From an uncultured Chlamydiae bacterium (GTDB lineage: Bacteria; Chlamydiota; Chlamydiia; Chlamydiales; SM23-39): DNA of 64,000 bases. The notes beneath the pieces are model-generated. The model had not been told where the DNA came from, made no database searches, and saw only the letters and a list, made by a program, of their open reading frames with translations. The stretch covers positions 1,536,001-1,600,000 of the forward strand of contig CAWHDP010000002.1 of NCBI GenBank assembly GCA_963828125.1, written 5' to 3'. This document shows, one piece after another, positions 46,173-56,328 of the stretch. Positions within the stretch are counted from its first letter, which is position 1, and each line of letters begins with the position of its first letter. The translations under genes and the position numbers were made by a program.

Positions 46173-46946
46173 ATGATGAAAGCATATATATTCGCAGCTA
46201 CTTTACTTTGCCTCATTCGATCGACGGCTTTTGTCCAAGAATCGATGTGTGTGACGCCTAATGGGGTCGTCGAAGAATGGATGGCCACAGAAAACAGGTC
46301 CGTTGAGGTTGCATCAGAGTCGTCTGTCAACGCAATGGCTGGCAGTGAGGGTGACACATCGGCGCCTGTTAAGGGAGTTTGTGTCGAACACGATTCTTAT
46401 TCCAACTCGGACAAACGGTGGTTTTTTACTTTCAAGCCTGGATATTTTTATTTGACCGACAGCGATATGCGGCAGTTTTATAACGATGGCGGATTTACGT
46501 TCAGAGCTGAAGCGGGCTGCAGATTTTGGGGGCCGTTGATTGTTTGGGTCGATGGGGGCTATTTCCAAAAAGAGGGGAAAGCGATCGGCGGAACCGAGAA
46601 ATTGGAACTCAAAGTAGCGACGATCACTTTGGGTTTGAAGCTGTTTTATCAATTTAACCGTTGGATAGCGGCTTATGCTGGGGCGGGACCTCGTCTGTTT
46701 TTGATGATGCAGCATAATGACTATGATCACGTTAGAGGCGATGATAACGAGATCGGGATTGGCGGTGGGTTTGACGGGGGCTTTCTGTTCTTTCCAGTGC
46801 CCCAGTGGCCGAATGTATACCTCGATTTATTTGGCGACTATTCTTTAAAGAAGATGCCTGTCGAGGAAGACGAGATCAGCAGCTACGACTACGACATGAA
46901 TTTAAGCGGCTTTACGGGCGGTCTAGGTCTCGGCGTCCGGTTTTAG
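46173..46946 (+). CDS. outer-membrane beta-barrel protein
   Basis: Signal peptide, alternating beta-strands, C-terminal GLGVRF; AGGAG RBS. Confidence 0.8.
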   Translation: MMKAYIFAATLLCLIRSTAFVQESMCVTPNGVVEEWMATENRSVEVASESSVNAMAGSEGDTSAPVKGVCVEHDSYSNSDKRWFFTFKPGYFYLTDSDMRQFYNDGGFTFRAEAGCRFWGPLIVWVDGGYFQKEGKAIGGTEKLELKVATITLGLKLFYQFNRWIAAYAGAGPRLFLMMQHNDYDHVRGDDNEIGIGGGFDGGFLFFPVPQWPNVYLDLFGDYSLKKMPVEEDEISSYDYDMNLSGFTGGLGLGVRF

Positions 46947-48583
46947 TAATTGCCGATCAAGCTGAAATGGAACATGGGCGACCCTCCGGTAAAGGTCGCC
47001 TTGTTGTGCAATTTGAATCCCATGTCGAGCCTCCCGTTTAAATAAGAAGAAAAGCTGTATCTGATTCCTGGCCCAGCGCCGATGAGATAATCGAATTTTT
47101 TCGTTGTTGGCACGGCCACTTTGTCATAACTGACGCCTCCGTCGACAAATAGGAGAAAAAGGGCCATATCTTGCTTTGAGCTGTTTTTTTTCGTGAAGAC
47201 GCGGAATGAGGGCGTCCTTAGCTCAGCGCTCAAAAACCCTCCTGTATCTGCGTCGAGCTGTCTCTCGTCGTAACCGCGGACCGACTCATAGCCTCCGATC
47301 CCCAGCTGTTCGCTCGGGAGGAGCGGGATTGAAGCCCACTCGAAACGGGAGAGCAAAACCCCCTGCCAAGAGTGAAAGAGGGTATGCTCGTGGCGCCAAG
47401 AGCCTCTGAAATAGACCCATTGGTTTTTGGCGCCTGGACGGAGGCTGTCAAAGTGGCTGTTTTCCTGATTCGGCAGCCATTCTACCGGTGAGCCGTAGAG
47501 TTCGAAATTGAGGTCGTTAAAACAATAGGAGGTGCTTGTTTTGAGCCGATAGCCTCCCATCCATTGAGTGAGGTTGACGGGGCGGGCTATGATCGGATTT
47601 TGATCGACGAATTCCACAGTATTGTTGGTCTGTTTGAAATCGAAGCCGAAAGTGAGTTCGTGGACGAACGGATCGACGCTGTTTAGCGGTACCGTATAGC
47701 GGACAGAGCCTTGGCCGTTTTCCCCTCCGCTTTTCCGCGAGGGCTCTTTGAGGTGCACATGGACGGTAGAATAGCCCCCGTAGAGAGTGAGAATGGTCTG
47801 ATTCGATAAAAAGGCCAAATATTGCAAGGTGTGAGCTTGGAGGGTATGGAAGCTCTGCGAGGTCGTGTACTGATAAAAAAGGACATGATCCAACCCGAAG
47901 ATCTGATTCCAGGTTAGGCCGACAAAATACCGATTTCTCCCTGTTGTGGGGACACCTGTATTGTCAGCTCCGGTATACAGATGATAAATGCGCTCTTCTT
48001 GGACGGCTAAGGTGATGTCGGTTTGATTCTCTCTCTCTCCAGGGCTATAAATCGCATCGACTCGCCGGAACGGATTCCGATTCATAAACTGGACCCCTTT
48101 GAGCAATTTTGCTTCGGATATTGGATGGCCGGAAGAGAGGCCGATATACTCGAGCAGCGTTTGATCTGCAGTCCACTGATTTCCCTCTACCGCGATCTTC
48201 CCCACATTTCCCACCTCCACTTCCACCTGCAAAACGGCCGATGTGATCTTTTGCGGAGGGATAGTCACAACGATAAATGGGTAAGCTTGTTCTTCGAAAT
48301 AGGAATGGATTCCTGCTTTGATCTGTTGCAAAGTAGAATCGTCGATCGGCTGGTCGAAGTAAAGGGGTTGCATCCGCTCTGCAAAATCGTACCATCGGCC
48401 TGGAACGTCGACTCCTCTTGAAAAGATCCCGACGCACTCTTCGAGCTCCTCATCGCCCAGCATCTCTTGTCTCGACGGCACGAGAACGAGCCCTTTAAAT
48501 CTAGAGACAGAGTCGTCGCCCATCAGCGGGCCAAAGGATAGGCAAATAATCAGAGCCGATTGAGGGATTGCGCGATAAAACAT
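46943..48583 (-). CDS. ShlB/FhaC/HecB-family (TpsB) outer-membrane transporter
   Basis: POTRA-like region (YPFIVVTIPPQKI), DNTG...GRNR and GGYESVRGY motifs. Confidence 0.9.
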   Translation of the reverse strand: MFYRAIPQSALIICLSFGPLMGDDSVSRFKGLVLVPSRQEMLGDEELEECVGIFSRGVDVPGRWYDFAERMQPLYFDQPIDDSTLQQIKAGIHSYFEEQAYPFIVVTIPPQKITSAVLQVEVEVGNVGKIAVEGNQWTADQTLLEYIGLSSGHPISEAKLLKGVQFMNRNPFRRVDAIYSPGERENQTDITLAVQEERIYHLYTGADNTGVPTTGRNRYFVGLTWNQIFGLDHVLFYQYTTSQSFHTLQAHTLQYLAFLSNQTILTLYGGYSTVHVHLKEPSRKSGGENGQGSVRYTVPLNSVDPFVHELTFGFDFKQTNNTVEFVDQNPIIARPVNLTQWMGGYRLKTSTSYCFNDLNFELYGSPVEWLPNQENSHFDSLRPGAKNQWVYFRGSWRHEHTLFHSWQGVLLSRFEWASIPLLPSEQLGIGGYESVRGYDERQLDADTGGFLSAELRTPSFRVFTKKNSSKQDMALFLLFVDGGVSYDKVAVPTTKKFDYLIGAGPGIRYSFSSYLNGRLDMGFKLHNKATFTGGSPMFHFSLIGNY

Positions 48584-48616
48584 ATTTTCTTATATATGTG
48601 CGCGACGCCATGAATG

Positions 48617-49918
48617 TCAATGGCCAGCTGGCGCGCCGAGAGCCGATTCGAGAATTTGACGCGGAACGGGGTTCAGGGTGGAGTCGAGCCGAATCCACAT
48701 CGCGATGGTTTCTCCAGTCGGAAGAGAGGCAAGCTGCGTTTTATCGGCGTATGTGCTCGGCTCGGAAAGGGAGACCGGCGAGGACCAACCTGTTGCGCTA
48801 GCGCCTGTATTATACTCGGAAAAATAGATGGCATGGCCCTCGGGTCCAACCGTCTGATCATCCCAAATGACTGCAAAGTGATCTGCCGTATCTTCGTAAA
48901 AAGAGAGGGCGGGCGAAGTCCCCTGATAGGATAGAGTGTAGACAAACTGCCAGCTTACGACATTATAAAAAGCGGCCTGAATCTCTCCGCCTGCCGATTC
49001 CCAAGCGCCGCCTGCTCGAGCATTCAGGGGGTTGAGCGCAACGGTGAGATTTTGCACAGGAGCGCCAGGATGGGCAGCTAAAAGGAAGTTCCAGGTTGCA
49101 GAGCCTGCCCGGATTCCAGAGATAATGTAGTGGCGCGTCGTATCTTGAACCAAAAAAGCGGCGCCGCCAATCTGGTTGGCTGAGAGGTCGGGAGATGTGG
49201 CTTCCGCGGAGATCAGTCTTACATAGGTATTCACCGGTTTTGTCGGTGGACTGAGGGCGTCGAAAATGGAGACGTCCATCTCTTCAGCGAGAGGGAGAAA
49301 AGCGGTGAGCTGATTGTCCGGATCGATCAAGACCGGCGCTGTAACGGTTGCGGAGAGAGGGATCCCCTCTTCGCTGATCGGATAGGCTGGACTCCAAGAA
49401 AGGGTGTTTGGAGAATAAGTGCTGCCTAGGAGCTGCAAAGAAGGGGAAAGCCAACTGGCGACAGCGTAGCCAGGATTGTTAATGGCTAAGTTGAGCAAAG
49501 GGTCGTACTCCGTTGTTCCAAGATTTTGGATCGCGATGGCGGAGGACCAAATCGATCCATCGAATTGGGCCGCCTGGATGGTGAGATCGGTTCCGTCAAA
49601 GGCGCTCCAGATAGCGATCGCGTAGCCGTTTTCATCGATTTTCACATGAATGGATGGTTCCGTCACGCTCGATCCGAGGAGGGATGCGGAACTCCAGGCC
49701 GATCCATCAAACGAGGCGGCTTCTAATTGATAAGAATCGCTTGCGAGGGCGATCCACAATGCGACTGCGGAGTAGTTTGTCGGGTGCATAGCGAGCTTTA
49801 CGTCGATCACATCTTCGGTTGAGACCCGGTGTACTGCGACGGGAGGAGAAAAAGAGAGGACGCCCCAAACGGATTGAACGGCTCCAATCCCACACAACAC
49901 AACCTTTTTCCATTCCAT
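48617..49918 (-). CDS. exported beta-rich repeat protein (propeller-like)
   Basis: Signal peptide; repeats of FDGS.WSSA and A(I/V)A.W; GGAGG RBS before MEWKK. Confidence 0.75.
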   Translation of the reverse strand: MEWKKVVLCGIGAVQSVWGVLSFSPPVAVHRVSTEDVIDVKLAMHPTNYSAVALWIALASDSYQLEAASFDGSAWSSASLLGSSVTEPSIHVKIDENGYAIAIWSAFDGTDLTIQAAQFDGSIWSSAIAIQNLGTTEYDPLLNLAINNPGYAVASWLSPSLQLLGSTYSPNTLSWSPAYPISEEGIPLSATVTAPVLIDPDNQLTAFLPLAEEMDVSIFDALSPPTKPVNTYVRLISAEATSPDLSANQIGGAAFLVQDTTRHYIISGIRAGSATWNFLLAAHPGAPVQNLTVALNPLNARAGGAWESAGGEIQAAFYNVVSWQFVYTLSYQGTSPALSFYEDTADHFAVIWDDQTVGPEGHAIYFSEYNTGASATGWSSPVSLSEPSTYADKTQLASLPTGETIAMWIRLDSTLNPVPRQILESALGAPAGH

Positions 49919-50079
49919 ACGCCCTCCTATTGAAAGGGAGAATTGTATAAAAACAAATTGAAAAACGTCAATCATTTTTTAAACATGGCCAATGTCCAGC
50001 TACACTGACGATGAGCCGCAATGTCGGGAGAAAAATCTTGTCTAATGCGACTTCGTCCAGTTATGAATGAGTTGTGGCA

Positions 50080-52665
50080 ATGGGAAAATTTCAGGCGCTT
50101 TTTTTGAATTCGCTGAACGGGCCTTTAGCGGAGCGGCTCGATCTGAAGTCCGAGGCGTTGATCTCGTTTTACATGGAGTCATCCTCCATTGAAGATCCGT
50201 TCCGGTATAGGGCGAAACGGTTGGGGCTCCGGATCGCCCATATTCTCATCGATGAAAAGGGGGATTTGAACAGAGGGAAATTGAGCGAGTTAAGGGGGCT
50301 TTTCGACAAGGGTTATTTTCCGTTGGGGCCTGGAAGAGAGGCCGATCCGTTGATTTACCGGCACATCGACCGTTCTTTGCAGGCGCTCGATCAAAATAAA
50401 GAGATCTGGACTGCGATCCAGAAATGTGCTCCTCCTCTTTGCCATAAACAGGCGGATGAGGTGATCCGTGAGACCTTATGGCCGGAACAGATCAGGGTGG
50501 TTCAGCCGGTTCATGTCCGGAAGGCGGTGATAGCGGCATGGCTGACCTTGCTCAGGCAGACGACGGGATCTTGTTTTGCAACGGCGCCCGCGATTTTAAT
50601 TCAGCAAACCGATCCGTTACGATTTCTCAAGGATCTCTACGATCTTTTGACGCTGGGTCAGCTCAAAAGGACGGTGGCTGGAAAAGAGTGCTCGGTTCCC
50701 TTAAGTTTAAATTCTGGACAGGGCGGTTTGCAAAAGCTTGCGGCTGGTTCAGAGTTTTCTCCGGGAGTCTCTGCAGCGTTCGATGCTGTGGGCATTCAAA
50801 TGGGGAGAGACATTCAAGATAAAATCCGTGCATTCAGCTCTCTCACCGTAGAAAAAATGTTTAGGGCGGTTTTGCTCGAGGTCTCCTCACTCACCGAAGA
50901 GGATGTTGAAAACGAGGAATATCTCAGCCGTATTCAGATGACTCCCCTTCTCGCCAAACACAGTGCAGTCTACTATCAGCGGCCGAGCGAGAGAGCTCAA
51001 AAGGTGGCTGGTTGGAAGAAAAAATGGGCCAAAGCCTGTACCGCGTTTCGGACATTTACCGACTGCGCTTTGCTCCATTCATGGGAATATTCGATCGCCT
51101 CGTTTTCCGATATAAAAACGGAATTTGCTCGGTGGAATTTGTATATCGGTCTCGGTTTGCATCCGGACCAGAAGGGAGGTATAGGCGCTTTTCTCTTCAG
51201 TCAAGTGAATGGGAGCCTACAAAAGTGCCAAAGGGAAATCGATCTACTCTCCAGAGAATACGAACAGGCGGCGAGCGCTATTTCGGCCCTAGAAACAATG
51301 ATTCGCGGGGCGGGGAGCGAGGCGCGCCTCAATCAACTCAAGGCTGAAATGGGATCCCACAGTCTTTCCATTCAGACGATCATCGAAGCAAGAAATCAAC
51401 AGATTGCGAAGGCCAACAGTTTGGTCGGCTTTTTCTCGTCTCTCATGGAGCAGTATGATCAAAGGCTGCAGGAGGCATTTCAAGAGCTCTTCGATCCGGC
51501 TCTCTTTGGAGAGGAGGCCCATTTATACGATGATAGCTCAGCCGGTTTCCGCCTCGTCTATAAACATGGGCGGCGCGACGCTTCCCAATGGACGGCCATT
51601 TATGACGGAGTCCAATATATCGATGCTTTGCGAGATTTTTTCTCTCATGTGGAAAATGACCTGACGGCTCCGGCTGAAATAGGGAAGGGGTTTATTGAAG
51701 AGATTACGACAGCCCTGATTCAATTTATTCAAGAGCCCCTATTTCTCCAAGGAGCTCTGGCGCGCGCCAAAGAAAAAGGGCGGCGCTCTCCTTGGGACTA
51801 CATCTCTGGCGGAACGCTGCAGACGCTCCTCGGCGCCTATTGCGGCAGGGAGCGGCCATTTACTGAAAGGAGCATCATCCCCCATTCCGCGGAGGATCTC
51901 CTCCGTTTTCTTTCAAGTGCAAAAAAAGAGAATTTTTTCTTGATGCACTCCCCGACTCACGCCTTTATTTTTTATCCCAACCTCTTGGAAAATTTGGCCC
52001 AACCGAGAAAAAAGAGGCCCTGGACGGAAGAGATGCAGGAGCACTTAGTTCACCGGATCAGCGAGCGGTTACCTGAGGAGGAGAGGGGTCTTTTCATCCA
52101 TCTCTATCGACAAAAAATAGGCGCTGAAACAGATGTACAATTTCGGAGTCATTTAATCGATGCGATGGGGCCAAGGATCAAGCAAAAAGAGGGGATCATT
52201 GATGCGGTTCTTTATGAACATTCCCCCTTATTTACAGAGCGGGAGGCCAAAGAGGCGGCCCATCAAGTTCTGCAAGCCTTGGGGAGGAGGGAGACGGTAC
52301 AGAAATGGGAGGGTTCATTTTTTGGCTCTTATGAGGTGTGCCAAATGATTCAGATGACACTTCTTGCGGCGCTCAGGAATTCTCTTTCAGAGGAGGATTG
52401 GCCTCTCCGGATTGCCGAGGCAATGCGGAAGTTTGGTTTTGCCCCGCAGGCAGCCCTTTTTGCCGATACGAATTGGTCGGGGTGGTTTTTTGGGTGGACC
52501 CCGAATCCGGCGACTGGGCAGATGGAGCTATGGCGATTGAATCGGACCGCCACTCAAGGTTTTCCGATGACAGACTGGAAGCAGTGGCTGACGCCGGGAA
52601 ATAGCGCACAATGGACCTTACTTGCCGAACCCAAAGAATATGCTTTTTCTTATATAATGCGGTGA
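50080..52665 (+). CDS. large hypothetical protein with central coiled coil
   Basis: About 860-aa ORF with LRQTTGSCFATAPAI, HSPTHAF and FADTNW motifs. Confidence 0.85.
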   Translation: MGKFQALFLNSLNGPLAERLDLKSEALISFYMESSSIEDPFRYRAKRLGLRIAHILIDEKGDLNRGKLSELRGLFDKGYFPLGPGREADPLIYRHIDRSLQALDQNKEIWTAIQKCAPPLCHKQADEVIRETLWPEQIRVVQPVHVRKAVIAAWLTLLRQTTGSCFATAPAILIQQTDPLRFLKDLYDLLTLGQLKRTVAGKECSVPLSLNSGQGGLQKLAAGSEFSPGVSAAFDAVGIQMGRDIQDKIRAFSSLTVEKMFRAVLLEVSSLTEEDVENEEYLSRIQMTPLLAKHSAVYYQRPSERAQKVAGWKKKWAKACTAFRTFTDCALLHSWEYSIASFSDIKTEFARWNLYIGLGLHPDQKGGIGAFLFSQVNGSLQKCQREIDLLSREYEQAASAISALETMIRGAGSEARLNQLKAEMGSHSLSIQTIIEARNQQIAKANSLVGFFSSLMEQYDQRLQEAFQELFDPALFGEEAHLYDDSSAGFRLVYKHGRRDASQWTAIYDGVQYIDALRDFFSHVENDLTAPAEIGKGFIEEITTALIQFIQEPLFLQGALARAKEKGRRSPWDYISGGTLQTLLGAYCGRERPFTERSIIPHSAEDLLRFLSSAKKENFFLMHSPTHAFIFYPNLLENLAQPRKKRPWTEEMQEHLVHRISERLPEEERGLFIHLYRQKIGAETDVQFRSHLIDAMGPRIKQKEGIIDAVLYEHSPLFTEREAKEAAHQVLQALGRRETVQKWEGSFFGSYEVCQMIQMTLLAALRNSLSEEDWPLRIAEAMRKFGFAPQAALFADTNWSGWFFGWTPNPATGQMELWRLNRTATQGFPMTDWKQWLTPGNSAQWTLLAEPKEYAFSYIMR

Positions 52666-52696
52666 GTACTATTGAGCTTTAAGTAAAGGCCCTGCG

Positions 52697-53482
52697 ATGA
52701 AGAAATGCGCGTTGCTGGTAGCTGTGTCCGCAGCCCTCTCTGCAGCTCCTGTTGGAAATACCTCCGCTCCCGAAATCATTCAGCAAGGCCTTTGCATCCC
52801 TTCCGATAGTTGGATTGCTTTTCGGGTCGGCTATGAAGGCGATTTTGTCGCCGATGGGAAAATGGAGCTGACCGGGCCAGGATCGGGAAGAGTAGATACG
52901 TATGAACAGTGGACGAACTCTGGCACTTTCACGTTCAACATCCTCGACAGGCTAGATGTATATGGAGTTTTTGGCGCTTCAAAAACTCATGCCGATTGGA
53001 GATATCAATCGGCGGATGGATGGGTCAACCGGATCCAGTTTGGTACGGACAACCAGTTTCTTTGGGCGGCAGGTTCTAGGGCTATTTTATATCAGTGGGG
53101 CCATACGTTTCTTGGGGTTGGCGGCAGGTATTCCTCCTGCAGCGGCGCCCCTGCTTGGCTGAAAGCGAATGGGAGCCATGCATCGGTCGCCGGCTCTCAG
53201 TTCCATTGGAGAGAGTGGCAAATCAACCTAGATATTTCCTATACCATTCATCTCTTTACCCCTTACATCGGAACCAAGTACTCGAACGCTCGGACGCGGC
53301 TTGTCGATTTTTCTGTCCCCGTCTCGGCAAATGGGGGTGGCAATACAGCCTTTAAAAACCGAACCCCCGTTGGACTCTATCTCGGTTGCGCCCTCTCATC
53401 GGGAAATTATTTAATGATCAATTTAGAAGGGAGATTGATCGATGAAGAGGCAGTCACCGTCTCTGCCGATTTCAGATTTTAG
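52697..53482 (+). CDS. chlamydial major outer membrane protein (MOMP/OmpA)-family porin
   Basis: Signal peptide then APVGN..AP, FRVGYEGDFV, EWQ, PYIG.K.S and C-terminal RLIDEEA...FRF. Confidence 0.88.
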   Translation: MKKCALLVAVSAALSAAPVGNTSAPEIIQQGLCIPSDSWIAFRVGYEGDFVADGKMELTGPGSGRVDTYEQWTNSGTFTFNILDRLDVYGVFGASKTHADWRYQSADGWVNRIQFGTDNQFLWAAGSRAILYQWGHTFLGVGGRYSSCSGAPAWLKANGSHASVAGSQFHWREWQINLDISYTIHLFTPYIGTKYSNARTRLVDFSVPVSANGGGNTAFKNRTPVGLYLGCALSSGNYLMINLEGRLIDEEAVTVSADFRF

Positions 53483-53483
53483 C

Positions 53484-56327
53484 ATGAGCGCAAAGTTATT
53501 TTTAAGTTCAGAGATGGGCGCACTCGTCGATCGGCTTATAGAAAACATCGAGAAAGAGCCGGTCGATCCTTTGGAATTGCGGACCCTTCTTGTCCCGAAT
53601 GGGCAGATCAAAGAGTGGCTCCTTTTGGAAATGGCCAAGCGCAAAGGGGTTGCCATGGGGTTGAAAGTGATTCAACCGGAGCAGCTCTTTCCCCCCTCTA
53701 TCAGCTCTTTAGAGATGTTTGGCTCGATTTATGCAGCCCTTTCAGAGAGTTTGCATCCTGAGATCGCCTCTTATCTGCAAGGGAAGGAAAAAAGGATTTT
53801 GGAGCTGACCTGTGAGCTCGGCCGCCTATTTTTCAAATATGGTCAATTTGACGCCTCCGTCTTTCAAGGCGCCGGATGGCAGAACGAACTGTTGCGGACC
53901 CTTTTTATCGACGGTCCCTGGCGCCTTCCGATCCAGCAACCGCCCGTTGTTTCTGAACCGGTGATTGTCTTTGGCGTCGATTTTCTCGCGCCCATTTATT
54001 GGGAAGCCCTTTTTCAGGCTCCTGCCCTCTCTATTTATCTTTTTTCGCCCTGCGCCCATTTTTGGGAAGATCTATGCTCGGACCGCGAGAGGAAAAGTCT
54101 CGACCGATACTGGAAAAAACGGGGCGCTCCAGCCTCCCAAAGAGAGAAACTCGACGCCTATCTGCGGGACGCTCCTAAGAACCTGGCCAATTGGGGAAAA
54201 CTCGGAAGGGAGACGCTAAAAATATTGGACCGATTTTCGATGGAAACAGAAGAGATCTATCCATTCGACGAACCCGCCACCCTCTTAGGCCGCATTCAGA
54301 CGGATCTCCTCCTCTTCCAAGAAACGGAATCTCCGAAACCCGATGGTTCGATTCAGCTCATCTTGACCGGATCTTCGCGCTTGAAAGAAATTGAGGCGGT
54401 GAGACACGAGATTCTCCGCCTGGAGATCCCCTATGCGGACATTGCGGTACTCGCGCCCGATATAGAGCCCTATGTCCCCCTCATTGAATATGTATTTTCC
54501 CCTGACATGCCCTATCGAATTTCGGGGTTTGACTCCGCCCCGCAAAGCTCTTTTGGTCAGGGGATCGTCCGCCTTCTTCGCCTCCCCGCTGGAAGGTGGG
54601 AAGCAGAAGAGCTCCTCGCTCTGTTCGAAACCCCCGCCTTTTATCGGAAACAAGGATGGGACGGAGAAACCCTTGAAACTGTGCGCGCCTGGATCGGCGC
54701 CGCCCATATTGAGTGGGGCCTTGATGAGGCCCACCGGAACGCCATTCTCAAAGAGACCCTTGGTGAGAAGGCCTATGAAGACGAGAACTCTTGGGAAAAA
54801 GGGCTTGACCGGCTCCTAGACGCGCTCATCTCTTTCAAACCCCTTCAAATCGATCCCGATCGATTGGAAGCGCTCCTCTCCACATTTTTAGCCTTAAAAA
54901 AACTCCCCCTCTGCGGCAGCAAACCGCTCTCTGACTGGGCTGAATCTTTAAAAAAGGCAGCAGAGACCTTTCTCCTTTCCGATCCCGAGGGAGAGGTCGA
55001 AAACGGCTTTGACAATCTACTTGCCGAAATGAGAGCTTTTCCCAGCCAGCGCCCCTTTCCAGCCCATGTGATCGAGCATCTGCTCGCCCGCCCTTGTAGG
55101 GGGAAAATCAATCCCTCCCATCTTCATGCTATCCGCTTTGGCTCAATTGACGAAGAACTGGCCATCCCAGCCCGAGCCCTGTTTTTGATTGGCATGGACG
55201 AAGAGAGCTTCCCCCGGCCTCAACCGGCGACCTCGCTTGATCTGATGCAGGGAAAAGGGCCTGATCGGAAAGACCAAGACCGGTACCTATTTCTCAAAGC
55301 GATTTTTTCAGCCAAAGAGATCCTCCGCATCACTTACGGCCACCTCTCTCCCGATGAAGGGAAGCCAGTCGGCCCCTCCCTACTGGTCCAAGAACTGCTT
55401 CATTCGACCGGCCCCGTTTCCACCCTTTACGATCCCCCCCCGCCCCTTGAATGGAAGAAAACCATTTCTTGGCCTCAGTATGTCGATTCGCCTTTACCCA
55501 AAGAGACGAAGAGTGTAAAAGTTTCAGACTTAAGGCAATGCGCTCGCCATCCATGGAAATTTTACTTAAAGCAGGCATACGGTATCTCCCTTAAAGACGA
55601 TTTAGAAAAGACCTTTGCCTTACAAAAAGGGGAGCTGACCCGCGCAGCGCTCGGCAAGGATCTCGATCAGACGCTCGCCTCCAGGCCACTCCCTCCTGGA
55701 ATATTTGGCAAAGCCATGCGGCTCGAAGTCGGAGAAAAAATGGTGAAGTGGCAAACGGAGCTTCGAGAGTGGAACATCGATCCATTTACATTGATTTTGC
55801 GCGAAAATTGTCCAAAAGCCCGTTGGGAGGGATCAAGCTATATCACGCCCCCCTTGGAACTTATTTGCGATTCTCTCAGAGTACGTATTACTGGGGAAAT
55901 TGAGCGCGCCTCGATGAAAGGGCTCATCTGCGCTCACGAAGACTCGATTGGCGGCACATTGAAAATATGGCCCGAAGCTTTGCTTACAGCGCTCGTCCTT
56001 GAGGCTCCTCAACTCTGGAAGCTCAGCAGCGGAAAAATGAAGCCGCTTGTTCATCCTGAAGAGAGCCTAAAAGCCTTTCTTATCTATTATTTTCGATGTT
56101 TAGTCGCCCCCTCGCCCCTTTTGCCCGATTGGGCCGATTCTATTTTGCGCAAAGGGGGAGTCGCCCTGGAGAAAAAAATGGCGTCGGGAACTCATTTTGA
56201 AGATCCTGCGAAAGAATGGGTTTTAGCTCGGGCAAAAATTCCCCCAGCGGCGGAAATCATCGAAAGCTGGGGTGCGGCGCTCAAAAAGGCCTTCGGAGGC
56301 CTCATTGAACTCTATCCATCGAGCTGA
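53484..56327 (+). CDS. recC: exodeoxyribonuclease V gamma subunit
   Basis: LVPN...WL, FSPC..FWED, NWGKLGR, VLAPDIEPY.P and DRYLFL motifs. Confidence 0.92.
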   Translation: MSAKLFLSSEMGALVDRLIENIEKEPVDPLELRTLLVPNGQIKEWLLLEMAKRKGVAMGLKVIQPEQLFPPSISSLEMFGSIYAALSESLHPEIASYLQGKEKRILELTCELGRLFFKYGQFDASVFQGAGWQNELLRTLFIDGPWRLPIQQPPVVSEPVIVFGVDFLAPIYWEALFQAPALSIYLFSPCAHFWEDLCSDRERKSLDRYWKKRGAPASQREKLDAYLRDAPKNLANWGKLGRETLKILDRFSMETEEIYPFDEPATLLGRIQTDLLLFQETESPKPDGSIQLILTGSSRLKEIEAVRHEILRLEIPYADIAVLAPDIEPYVPLIEYVFSPDMPYRISGFDSAPQSSFGQGIVRLLRLPAGRWEAEELLALFETPAFYRKQGWDGETLETVRAWIGAAHIEWGLDEAHRNAILKETLGEKAYEDENSWEKGLDRLLDALISFKPLQIDPDRLEALLSTFLALKKLPLCGSKPLSDWAESLKKAAETFLLSDPEGEVENGFDNLLAEMRAFPSQRPFPAHVIEHLLARPCRGKINPSHLHAIRFGSIDEELAIPARALFLIGMDEESFPRPQPATSLDLMQGKGPDRKDQDRYLFLKAIFSAKEILRITYGHLSPDEGKPVGPSLLVQELLHSTGPVSTLYDPPPPLEWKKTISWPQYVDSPLPKETKSVKVSDLRQCARHPWKFYLKQAYGISLKDDLEKTFALQKGELTRAALGKDLDQTLASRPLPPGIFGKAMRLEVGEKMVKWQTELREWNIDPFTLILRENCPKARWEGSSYITPPLELICDSLRVRITGEIERASMKGLICAHEDSIGGTLKIWPEALLTALVLEAPQLWKLSSGKMKPLVHPEESLKAFLIYYFRCLVAPSPLLPDWADSILRKGGVALEKKMASGTHFEDPAKEWVLARAKIPPAAEIIESWGAALKKAFGGLIELYPSS

Positions 56328-56328
56328 A

